Assembly (NCBI GenBank): GCA_905178155.1 | Contig: CAJINV010000002.1 | Location: 10,586,709-10,650,708 of the forward strand | Direction: 5' to 3' | Length of the DNA stretch: 64,000 nt | Origin: Amoebophrya sp. A120 | Lineage: Eukaryota > Protista > Dinoflagellata | Part shown: piece by piece, positions 25,267 through 34,592 of the stretch | Layout of the letters: the number at the start of each line of letters is the position of its first letter | Numbering within the stretch: position 1 is the first letter of the stretch | The notes under the pieces: model-generated | Told to the model about the DNA's origin: nothing | The model's input: only the letters and a program-made list of their open reading frames with translations | Databases searched by the model: none | Translations under genes and position numbers: made by a program

Positions 25267-26607
25267 CTATGTTGGAACTCTTTTACCTGATCGCGAATAC
25301 TGGTCTAAAAATTTGCGCACTTTCTGAAGAGCTCCGTCAACTTGAAGGTCGACATAGAACTCCATATCGTGCACAATGCGGTCTCTGACTCCCTCCATCT
25401 TTGCTGCATGCGCATCTTCCGGAAAATACAGCCAGTAGGCACGCCGGCACTGCGTCCCATCTGGAAGCCTCGGGCCAAGGATCCGCAGCAAATGCTCCGT
25501 GGGAAACATGTAGAAGCCCCGAAGCTCGTCATTTTCGTGGAAGTAGTTCAGGGCAAAGATGAAATCGACTGTCTGCATCTCGGCGACGGAGTAGGGGCGG
25601 GTGGCTGGCGATTTTGAAGGATGCGTTGTCGTGACGCGCAGGGCGCGACCGTATTGCGGCAAACGCGCTGATGGTACTCGGTGGAGAGCGCGCGCAGAAT
25701 CAACATAACTGTTGAAAAACCGCAGCGACGCGTCATCTGGGAACGTCAGACTGATTCCGAGTGGCCCGTAAACTTTCTCCTGCATGTTTGCAATAGCGCC
25801 ACAGAAAACGGCCTGACGTGCGGAGGCCAGCATCCCGCTGCAGAAAAATCGGAACCAATCTGATTTTGTACGCAGTTGCATTTGGACTCGCTCGTGGTGA
25901 AGTGCAGTTATGATCTCCGGAATCGTGACACGTTCAGATTCGCCAATAAGACGAAAACGCTCTTCTCCTTGCGTGTGAGCTGAACTGGGCACCGTGAAGA
26001 ATATGTTTGAGTGCGGAGCAACGAGAACGTAAGGGAACGGACGCTTCCTGATGTCGTGGTACAAGAACTTTCGTTCTGAGGAAGTATAAGCCTTTAGTGT
26101 ATCTGGGCCAGATTTTACTTTCGACGTCGTTTTCACAACGACAGGGAACCACGCACTTGGTCGCAATTGCCCTTCTTCGACATATTGCACCAAAGCAGAC
26201 GCCGGCCAATGGTGCGGCAACGGAAAAAAAGTCCATCGCGGGTCGACGTTGCGTACGGCCTTTGTCAAAAAATGTAGCCCGGTCTCCGCTACCATTATGG
26301 ATTCACAGGCTCGTTCGCTTGCTCGAAGACTAACGTCAGAGTCGGTGTCTCCTGAGGACGAAATTTTGATTTGCTGGTTTAGGAGACCTGGTGCTCCGCT
26401 GTCCGCGACATCCAAAATTGTTGCCGACCTTTCAGTTGCTGCCAACGCTTTCATGCTGTGCTCTCCTCTCAAATGAGACAATGCGTGAAGTCTACGTGGA
26501 GCATTACTTCGTTGCGGGACGCCCGCCCAACATGGACGCGTGCGCAGCAACGAAAGATCCCCCCGCGATTGCACAGGCGCTATGCTGCCAAGGCGTGACG
26601 CTATCAT
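25267..26607 (-). CDS. Array paralog P2
   Basis: Same motifs (DPRWTFFPLP..WPA, WFPVVVKTT, RPYS, YWLYFPEDAH, DMEFYVDL); R-rich presequence. Confidence 0.88.
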   Translation of the reverse strand: MIASRLGSIAPVQSRGDLSLLRTRPCWAGVPQRSNAPRRLHALSHLRGEHSMKALAATERSATILDVADSGAPGLLNQQIKISSSGDTDSDVSLRASERACESIMVAETGLHFLTKAVRNVDPRWTFFPLPHHWPASALVQYVEEGQLRPSAWFPVVVKTTSKVKSGPDTLKAYTSSERKFLYHDIRKRPFPYVLVAPHSNIFFTVPSSAHTQGEERFRLIGESERVTIPEIITALHHERVQMQLRTKSDWFRFFCSGMLASARQAVFCGAIANMQEKVYGPLGISLTFPDDASLRFFNSYVDSARALHRVPSARLPQYGRALRVTTTHPSKSPATRPYSVAEMQTVDFIFALNYFHENDELRGFYMFPTEHLLRILGPRLPDGTQCRRAYWLYFPEDAHAAKMEGVRDRIVHDMEFYVDLQVDGALQKVRKFLDQYSRSGKRVPT

Positions 26608-27029
26608 CTTAGTTTGTTGATGTTCGCTGGAATCTTTATGTGCTCGAGACGAGCAGGAAAGATTCCCTCAATCAAAAGGAACCGCGGACATCCGCTTTCG
26701 AAACTGGGTGCTGCTGCTGCTCCTGCTCCTTGACCTACAGAAAACCGACTTTATCGTAGTGCGTCTACAGGATGAATTAGAATTACTTACCTGATCCCAA
26801 CCAGATTAAAATCATTGGAAAAGTGTTTAGCTCATTGATCTAGATCTTTTGGTCGTGGTTAAAAAGCATACTTATAAAATGCTCCCGCTGCTGGTGCTGC
26901 GATACTGCGAGACAATACCTCCCACAGGTTTTAACGGACAGGCGAGACGTAACTTCAGATTTCGTGTCAGATCCGGCCTAGACAAACGGGCCTCGCTGCA
27001 ATATTCTCGTTCTGTCCTCGATCATTTCG

Positions 27030-27101
27030 TCACTTCTTTCCTTTCCCTCTGCCCCTTTTCGTTTTCTTTACTGTTGGTCAATCCTCATTGCTCCACGAAC
27101 T
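27030..27101 (-). pseudogene. Degraded copy of the 3' end of the gene ending at 34593
   Basis: Translates SSWSNED*PTVKKTKRGRGKGKK*, against the original SSSSDDDGPGGKK...KGKGKGKK*. Confidence 0.65.
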
Positions 27102-27178
27102 CCTGTCGCTGAGCGAACGATTATTTTCTTTTGCATCTGCTGTCACTTCTGTGCGAAAGCCAATACAACAGTGCTTCA

Positions 27179-28450
27179 TCATTCTTGTTGCGGGCGCCAG
27201 GAGCTGTCCAGGATCCTTTGAACTTTCGCAACAAGATCTCCGTCGTTCTCACTGTCTTTCAGGTCAATGTAAAATTCCATATCGCGGGCGACGCGATCCT
27301 TAACGTCGCGAGCTCTTGCACGGTGCGCCTCCTCGGGAAAGTATGCCCAGTAGGATCGCCTGCAGTGCGGCACATTGTGGTCCTTTTTTGTCAGCAATGG
27401 AAGTAAGTGGGCCCTGGGGAAAAGGAAGAATCCCCGAAGAGCCTGGGAACGCATGTCAAAATTGAGTGCGCAGACGAAGTCGAGGGATGCGACCTCCGCG
27501 AGTAAATAGGGGCGGTCGCTGTCCTTACCGCACGACGTTGTGAACTTCAAAACACTTCCAACGTGATGCGGATTACACGACGCAATGCGATGCAGAATTC
27601 TGTAATCGCCGACTGTTGTGTTATGCACCCGATTTAAAGATGACTCCGGAAAGGCCAACTCCAGACCAAGTTTTGCGTAAACCATGCTCTGCAACTGTAA
27701 AAGAGCATTGCAAAATGCGGCCTGGCGTGGAGACGCAAGCATTGTTTGCTGAAAAATGTGGAACCAGGCGGATTTGCTTCTCAATGCGCCGGTCTGCCAT
27801 TCATTCTGCATGCGATCCAACAAATCAAGAAGCGGCGTGCGTTGGGCATCGGCGAATTCCGTGAACCGCGGATGCTGCAAGGCGCCTGATGTTCTGGACG
27901 GGACCACGAAAAATGCGTTCGACTCAAGACCAACACAGATCTGGAAGAACGGCACGCAATTGATGCGGAATTTGAAAAACCGTGTCCCCTCGTCAGCGCC
28001 AAGCCGCTTTGCACGTGCTGCTGTCCGCACGAGAAGTGGCAACCAACAGTCGTCGCTACTCCCGTCGCAAAATTGAACCAAATAAGAGGCTGGCCAACCA
28101 CACGGAAGTGGGTAGAACTTCCAACGTGAATCAGTGTCCTCGATAGCTTGCCGCAACAGCTGCCTTCCCGAGAAAGCTATTGCAAGAGTCTGTCCTCCTC
28201 GCCGTTGAACATCGTGCTTCGGATCTACGCGCCCACATCCAGCTTCGTCAGACTGCGTGCCACGCCTACTTACAGCAATTTGTGCATCGGTCGACTGGTA
28301 CCTCCGCTCGCGGCCCGTGATTATACTTTGTCGTTCCGCCGCTGAAGTGGGATAGCAGCTCGGCCTGCTTGGCGCGAACAATGTATCCCGAAAAAATCGT
28401 CCCGGTTGTACCCGCAGTCTGCGGCTGAAGCCAGAGCATAATGGCCCCAT
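27179..28450 (-). CDS. Array paralog P3
   Basis: DSRWKFYPLP..WPA, WLPLLVRT, HRIAS, RPY, YWAYFPEEAHRA, DMEFYIDL; presequence MGPLCSGFSRRLRVQ. Confidence 0.88.
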   Translation of the reverse strand: MGPLCSGFSRRLRVQPGRFFRDTLFAPSRPSCYPTSAAERQSIITGRERRYQSTDAQIAVSRRGTQSDEAGCGRVDPKHDVQRRGGQTLAIAFSGRQLLRQAIEDTDSRWKFYPLPCGWPASYLVQFCDGSSDDCWLPLLVRTAARAKRLGADEGTRFFKFRINCVPFFQICVGLESNAFFVVPSRTSGALQHPRFTEFADAQRTPLLDLLDRMQNEWQTGALRSKSAWFHIFQQTMLASPRQAAFCNALLQLQSMVYAKLGLELAFPESSLNRVHNTTVGDYRILHRIASCNPHHVGSVLKFTTSCGKDSDRPYLLAEVASLDFVCALNFDMRSQALRGFFLFPRAHLLPLLTKKDHNVPHCRRSYWAYFPEEAHRARARDVKDRVARDMEFYIDLKDSENDGDLVAKVQRILDSSWRPQQE

Positions 28451-28927
28451 AGCCACTTGTCAGTTTCCGTCCGTACGAGGCAGCAAATAGAAGACCAAGA
28501 GAAACATGGGTGACATTTCTATTTCACAGCGACAAATTTACATATATCATCTAGACACATCTTTATCTTTCATGATCTCCTCTCTTTCCTGGTTCCATTC
28601 GCTCCTTGACGCTCTGCGCACAGAAAGTTGACGCCCCAGCCTACCGAATCACTCCCTCTCAAGTGGGTCCTCGCCTCATTCGCGAATTCATATTGCGTGC
28701 CTGACACACTAAGAAACGCGGCCTTGATCTTCGACGTGTCCACTACCTTTTGAATCTGTGGGGATCGATGAACTGACGTCAGTTGTCCATGGGTCGCTTT
28801 TCATTTCAGCAGTTGCAAGATCGTTTGCAAAAAACCTAAACCTCAGGTGCGTATGGTGTGGTTCGTTTCGCAGAAAAATCATATCTTCTCTATATCCACC
28901 ACAGCGCAAAGGGTGCACGCAAATTTT

Positions 28928-29039
28928 TCACTTCTTTCCCTTCCCTTTTCCCTTTTTCTTCTTTCCTTTTTTCTTACCTTTCCTCCCGCCCGGTCCGTCG
29001 TCGTCGCTTGATAAAATACTGCTTCCTTCGTCCTTTTTC
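28928..29039 (-). pseudogene. Copy of the 3' end of the gene ending at 34593
   Basis: Translates KKDEGSSILSSDDDGPGGRKGKKKGKKKKGKGKGKK*. Confidence 0.9.
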
Positions 29040-29048
29040 TATCGTGTA

Positions 29049-30446
29049 CTAGGTGCCTTCCAAAATTCGACGAAGTTTCTGCAACTGATTGCCATCTCTT
29101 TCTTCCAAGTCGATGTAAAACTCGAGATCGCTGGGTATCCGCTTCTTCACTTCGTCAGACCGCGCACGATGGGAATCCTCCGGAAAATATACCCAGTAGG
29201 TAGGTTTACAGTGGTCATTCTTACTCGGAGATGGTGCAAAACGCGTCACCAAATAAGAGCGCGGAAAGAAGAAAAATCCTCGCACTTCATTCGCCTCCCT
29301 GCAATAGTTGACTCCACATACAAAGTCGAGTGCTTGCAACTCAGCGAGCGAATAAGGGCGAACGCCCGAGTCAGTCGTGGTCGTTCCGGTCGTAAGAGTC
29401 AGGGCTCGTCCAGCATAATGTGAAACAGGTGAAGCAACCCTGTGAAGAACTTTTCGGCCATTTACAACAGTGTTGTGTGCGGTTTGAGCGCGCCGATACG
29501 TGACTTCTGCGCCGAGTGGTCCGTACACTTTGTCTTGCATCTGGATCATTGCACGGCAAAAGGTAGCTGTTTTTCCAGAAAGGGTGCCCATCCTTTCGAG
29601 AAAGCTGCGATACCATTCTCCTTTTCCTCGGACGCTGCCGCCTTGCCACTCGTTTTGTAGACGCCGTACGAGTTCGCGTGCACCCACTTGCTCCGACTCG
29701 TTAAACCAGTAGGTTTTGGTATTATCAGTCGTAGCCTTTCTGCGCCGTACTCCACGTGCAGGGGAATCGACAAAAAACATACCTGGAAGCGGCCCGACGA
29801 AGATCTGCAGATGTGGCAGCTCATTCACCCGATTGTAGACGAAAACTCGCTTGTCCGATGGCATTTCCATGGACCTTGGGTCGACCTTCGCAAGCTTTTT
29901 TTTGTTTCGATCGTAGGTTTGAAAAGTTGTTTTCAACGATAGTGGGAACCACGAATCGCACTCAGAATGCAGTTCAGCTTCCTGATATTGAACCAAAAAA
30001 GTTGCCGGCCACTGATACGGCAGTGGATAGAAATGCCAAGCCGAATCGAGCCCTTTCACAGCAGAGAGAAATATCCGCGCTCCTGCTTCGGCTATCTCAA
30101 CCGGCGACTCGCGTCGGGCAGAACTGCCTTCTTCGAGAGTTCCACTTAGTCGAGTCTCAGCAGGTGAAGTGACCAGAATGCTGCGCGGTTCTTCTTCTTT
30201 GTCATCCTGAAGCGCCGTAGAAGCGTGTAAACAACGACGATCTAAAAAGCGGCACAGCGGTAGACGCTCTCGTATCGATTTCATCTCATGTTGTCGCTGC
30301 GATTGTCCGTCGCGGGTCCTGACATATGGTAAATTGGGTTCGGATGGGATAGTAGTAAGCCATCGCGACCTAGAAGCACGTGTCGGTAAAGCGCGACTTC
30401 CTGGCACCGACGCAGCGGTGGTTACACGCATTCCTTGCAGGGCCAT
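29049..30446 (-). CDS. Array paralog P4
   Basis: DSAWHFYPLPYQWPA, WFPLSLKTT, HNTVVNGRKVLHRVAS, YWVYFPEDSHRA, DLEFYIDL; presequence from ATG 30446 (MALQGMRVTTAAS...RSRWL). Confidence 0.88.
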   Translation of the reverse strand: MALQGMRVTTAASVPGSRALPTRASRSRWLTTIPSEPNLPYVRTRDGQSQRQHEMKSIRERLPLCRFLDRRCLHASTALQDDKEEEPRSILVTSPAETRLSGTLEEGSSARRESPVEIAEAGARIFLSAVKGLDSAWHFYPLPYQWPATFLVQYQEAELHSECDSWFPLSLKTTFQTYDRNKKKLAKVDPRSMEMPSDKRVFVYNRVNELPHLQIFVGPLPGMFFVDSPARGVRRRKATTDNTKTYWFNESEQVGARELVRRLQNEWQGGSVRGKGEWYRSFLERMGTLSGKTATFCRAMIQMQDKVYGPLGAEVTYRRAQTAHNTVVNGRKVLHRVASPVSHYAGRALTLTTGTTTTDSGVRPYSLAELQALDFVCGVNYCREANEVRGFFFFPRSYLVTRFAPSPSKNDHCKPTYWVYFPEDSHRARSDEVKKRIPSDLEFYIDLEERDGNQLQKLRRILEGT

Positions 30447-30485
30447 TTTGTGTTTGGTCCTTGATAGAAAAAAAGTATGTGTGTC

Positions 30486-30506
30486 CTTGGCCAAAATGCA
30501 GCTACG
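30486..30506 (-). other. Relic dinoflagellate spliced leader upstream of P4
   Basis: Sense CGTAGCTGCATTTTGGCCAAG against DinoSL CGTAGC--CATTTTGGCTCAAG, about 40 nt before ATG 30446. Confidence 0.7.
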
Positions 30507-30997
30507 AAAAAGATCGGGTCTGTGCAGTTCAGCTAGATCAACGAATTGACTTCGCCTAAAGTGACACGCATCCATCAGCATACCCTCGACCTCGGAATTT
30601 CCCGTCTCTCATCTTATCACGGGAAAACGAAAAATAAAGCACACGCGGGTGCCCCCATGTACCTATATTGTAAAGCAAAAGTTGTGATCAGGTCTTTGCT
30701 GCGTCGAGAAAGTTGCGACGCACTTAATTGCCTCGCTTCGCGTTGACTGCTACTGTTCGTCAAATGCAACTCTTCCATATGCTACAGTGGATACGGATAA
30801 GAACATTTCATTGTCAACTGAAGTAGGAAAAGTGCCGTACTAGGACCTCGATGTACTACCCACGAATCATCGTAGCGAGAGCTCGCTTCTTCCATGGGTT
30901 AGTTTCTCTTTCGCAAACAAACCATTCAGCCGAGATAGATTCACTTTCGCAGTCAATGTCGAACCACTATTGGTCTACAAAAAAACGAAGAAATATT

Positions 30998-31102
30998 CTA
31001 TTTCTTCCCTTTCCCTTAACCCTTTTTCGTTTTTCCTTTTTTCTTCCATTTTTTCCCGCCCGGTCCGTCATCGTCGCTCGATGAACTACTAGACTCCTCG
31101 TC
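30998..31102 (-). pseudogene. Copy of the 3' end of the gene ending at 34593, with a premature stop
   Basis: Translates DEESSSSSSDDDGPGGKKWKKKGKTKKG*GKGKK*. Confidence 0.9.
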
Positions 31103-31125
31103 TCTCAATCATCAAAAAAGACGAC

Positions 31126-32487
31126 TCACTGTGAAGTAACTGTAGCTGAAGTAGACTGGTAGTCGCTTATGATTTGTCGCAGCTTCACTAGAGGATCCGA
31201 GCCAGGCTCCCGAAGGTTCACATAAAACTTCAGGTCTTCACTTAAACGCTTTTTGACGTGTTCGAGCTTTGCGCGGTGGCCGTCTTCTGGAAAATACAAC
31301 CACATAGTGCACTTGCATTTATCAGCTTTACCTTCACCCCCAGAAAATAATGCTGCTGCATACCATTTTGGAAAAAAATAAAAGCCATCGAGCTGATGAG
31401 ACGTTACGCAGTAGTTCAACGCGCACAAGAAATCGAGGCTGTTCATTTCTGTGGAGGAGTAGGGCCTTTTCGCTTGCGACTCCGATGTAGCGGTTACAGA
31501 CAATGGTCGAGCTCCACGGTCCCGCACAGTTTGCGCGTTCGCGATGCGATGCAGCACTTTGAAATTTCCAACAGTTGCATTGTGAGAACCCGCACTTCGT
31601 AACGAAGAATTCGGAAACGAGACATCAAGTCCCAAAGGACCGTAGACGTGGAGTTGCATTTGGATTAAAGCACGACAATAAGCAGCTCGCGTGCCACGCA
31701 CAAGACACTCGTCATGGAAAAAAGCAAACCAGTCACAACGACTTCGTAGGTTCCTCTCCGCCTCCTGGTACTTCGCAAGCATCTCGCCCAAAATGTCGTC
31801 TAGTCCCACCTGATCCGCATCCGAAAATGACAAGAAGTGCTGCGCTCCAGTATTTTGCTGTTTCTCCGAATCCGAAGAATGTCGGCCGGCCGGAATCATG
31901 AAAAATTTACTTGATTCGAGCGCGACGAACACCTGCAGAAAGGGATGGCTTCTGCCATTTCCCTGTGGCAACCGAAAGAAAAAACGCTCTTTCTCGACAA
32001 TTTTCCGGGTGTCCGGTGGTGACGTCTGGCCACATTTCAACCGTCGACCATTTGAAGTCAAACTCCCGGCTGTAGTTGTCCGAAGGACGATAGGTAACCA
32101 GTTGTCCACAAGCCCGTCTGCGTGTCTCGCGCGATGCTGCACTAGAAATGTAGCAGGCCATTGCCACGGGAGCGGGTAGAAATGCCAACAAGGATCGACA
32201 TCCGCGATGGCCGCGCAGAAAAGCTCCTTCCCAAGTTCGGCTATAGCAAGGGGCGAGTACCGTGGTGCACAATGCAATTTCTCCTTGGATGCAGCATGCC
32301 GGACGAGCATTCCCTGTTGTAAACGATCAGCTTCGGCAGTAGATGCATCTCCTTCCGGGAGAGACGATTGGGCTTGGTAACGCAATTGCGTGGCGACCGT
32401 TCGACGAAGATCTAGTCGGTGTCGAACACGCAACAGTCCCGACGCGCGGCACCGTTGCGATATGTCCCAGACACGGTGCGGAATCAT
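31126..32487 (-). CDS. Array paralog P5
   Basis: DPCWHFYPLPWQWPA, WLPIVLRTT, HRIAN, RPYS, WLYFPEDGHRA, DLKFYVNL; R-rich presequence. Confidence 0.88.
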   Translation of the reverse strand: MIPHRVWDISQRCRASGLLRVRHRLDLRRTVATQLRYQAQSSLPEGDASTAEADRLQQGMLVRHAASKEKLHCAPRYSPLAIAELGKELFCAAIADVDPCWHFYPLPWQWPATFLVQHRARHADGLVDNWLPIVLRTTTAGSLTSNGRRLKCGQTSPPDTRKIVEKERFFFRLPQGNGRSHPFLQVFVALESSKFFMIPAGRHSSDSEKQQNTGAQHFLSFSDADQVGLDDILGEMLAKYQEAERNLRSRCDWFAFFHDECLVRGTRAAYCRALIQMQLHVYGPLGLDVSFPNSSLRSAGSHNATVGNFKVLHRIANAQTVRDRGARPLSVTATSESQAKRPYSSTEMNSLDFLCALNYCVTSHQLDGFYFFPKWYAAALFSGGEGKADKCKCTMWLYFPEDGHRAKLEHVKKRLSEDLKFYVNLREPGSDPLVKLRQIISDYQSTSATVTSQ

Positions 32488-32761
32488 GTTCTTCGAACTT
32501 CTCGTATGCGGAACATCAGAATCAGAACACTGACAAGGGACTATGCAGCGCGATCACGGACCGACTGCTCCAACAGATCATCAATCCGTTTTAGCGCCTC
32601 TCAGCAGCACTCGACATTCTCCCTCCTTCGCTAGGGATTCATTCTGGTGTAGTCTGAGTCTGAGGAACAAAACTACGAATACCAGGTTTGCGCTGCACGG
32701 CTCGCACCATAACGGCAGGCTAGCACTCCAGTGCGTCGCACAACCCCAATTTTTACCATCT

Positions 32762-34108
32762 CTAGCCTCCGTTGTACGTCTTGCCCATCAAAATATTTCG
32801 AAACTTTTCCAAGTACTCGGACGGTGAAGTTTCACGTAGGTCGATATAGAATTCCATGTCCCTAATAATGCGCTCCTTCACCCCTTCACGTTTCGCACCG
32901 TGCGCATCCTCAGGAAAGTATATCCAATATGCACTCCGACATCTTCTTCCGTCCTTCGCTATTGGAGCAAACATCTTGAGAAGGTAGTCCCTTGGAAAGA
33001 CGTAAAACCCGAGCAGTTCGTCAGCATCTGCAGAATAGTTTAGCGCGCACAGAAAGTCAAGCCTTTCCATCTCCTCCCTTGTGTATGGCCGTGTTGCTCG
33101 TAGTCTGCTATTCGTAGAAGTCGCTCTTACGACATTCAGAGCGCGTCCCAAGAAACCACTGCGATACGCAGGAACTCTGTGCAGTACCCTAGCGCAATCG
33201 ACGTAGCTGTTGAAAGGACTATTTGACGCAGGATCCGGAAAACTGAGATTCATACCCGCCGGACCGTAAACTGTCTTCTGCATGCTAGCCAGTGCGCCGC
33301 AGAACATCGCTTGGCAGGTGGAAGAAATCATTCCCTTGGAAAAATGACGAAACCAGTGAGCCTTGGATGCTGTTCCGCTTCCGGTACCGGTCGCACGTGT
33401 CCATTCTGCTCGCAGACCCACAAGAATCTCATCAAGCGAAACCTGCTCCGACTCCCGGAAGAAGCGACAGGAGACAGCAGATTGCGCCATGAAGAACAGA
33501 CCGGATTCCGGAGCGACTAGCACATTAAGAAACGGCCCATATCCGATCTTGTGGAACAGGAAAGTCCTTTCTTTACTTTCTGCCGTCTTAACTTTCGCTG
33601 TCGTCACTGATGATGCCGGCTTCTGTATTTTGAAGGTCGATTTCACCACCAGTGGAAACCATGTGTCGGAAACTACGCCCTTTTCGCAGTATTGCACTAA
33701 AACAGACGCTGGCCAGTGGTGGGGAAGTGTGAAAAAACGCCAAGCGGTATCCACTGCACGTATTGCGTCCTGCAAGAATTGTGCTCCACTTTCCGATACA
33801 ACGATCGAGCCCCGTTCCCGCTTTCTTGAGACTGAGCTTTGCACTAAATTTTGTGCGACCAAATCTCCCGGGGCGCTGCATGCAGCTTCATCGATATAGC
33901 TGGCAACACTATTTACCGGCAGCTGTGCAGTTACGGCCGCGGTAATGAAGCGCCGTTGTGGTCGTTGAACACGGGCGAGTGCAAGTCGACGATGTTGTGC
34001 CGCACAAATTATGATCCCCCCGCTCTTCAAACGTAACTCCTGCAAGGATTGCACGTTCACTGCTGGAATAAGGTTTGCCTTTGCGCTCCCGATGCCAATC
34101 GCAAACAT
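32762..34108 (-). CDS. Array paralog P6
   Basis: DTAWRFFTLPHHWPA, WFPLVVKST, HRVPA, RPYT, YWIYFPEDAH, DMEFYIDL; most similar to P2 by eye. Confidence 0.88.
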   Translation of the reverse strand: MFAIGIGSAKANLIPAVNVQSLQELRLKSGGIIICAAQHRRLALARVQRPQRRFITAAVTAQLPVNSVASYIDEAACSAPGDLVAQNLVQSSVSRKRERGSIVVSESGAQFLQDAIRAVDTAWRFFTLPHHWPASVLVQYCEKGVVSDTWFPLVVKSTFKIQKPASSVTTAKVKTAESKERTFLFHKIGYGPFLNVLVAPESGLFFMAQSAVSCRFFRESEQVSLDEILVGLRAEWTRATGTGSGTASKAHWFRHFSKGMISSTCQAMFCGALASMQKTVYGPAGMNLSFPDPASNSPFNSYVDCARVLHRVPAYRSGFLGRALNVVRATSTNSRLRATRPYTREEMERLDFLCALNYSADADELLGFYVFPRDYLLKMFAPIAKDGRRCRSAYWIYFPEDAHGAKREGVKERIIRDMEFYIDLRETSPSEYLEKFRNILMGKTYNGG

Positions 34109-34592
34109 GATTTTTCTTTACCGCTATCTTGATTTGACTCTTGCTCGTCGAAAGGTCAGCTCGCACGAAACTCTCTCCGCCTCATATCAACAAAGATCTT
34201 GCGTTATCGTAAGACTGTGCATGGACGACTGAAAATTTGCCGCTAACCGGCTGACTTCGCGCTTTCACAGTCAGTCAAAGCGCGACGTCTAAACTTTGAA
34301 CAACTGCATATGATTGCACGACGGACTCAAATTCATCAACAGGTCAATGAATAGGATTTCAAAAAACGCCTTTACGTAGAAAAAATTCGTACGCGATGAT
34401 CATTGTTCGCACGCATTTCAACAGACCAAAGCAGTATGCAACTATTTGCGTTTCACAGCAGCAGCCATGAGTTGAAATAAATCATTATAATTGCGCGACG
34501 AAGGAACGCTGCTACACCAAATCATGGGCTGTCGCTACTTTTGTTTTCGGTTTTACAGCTGAACATCGCGACGATCTACTGCAAATACAGCT

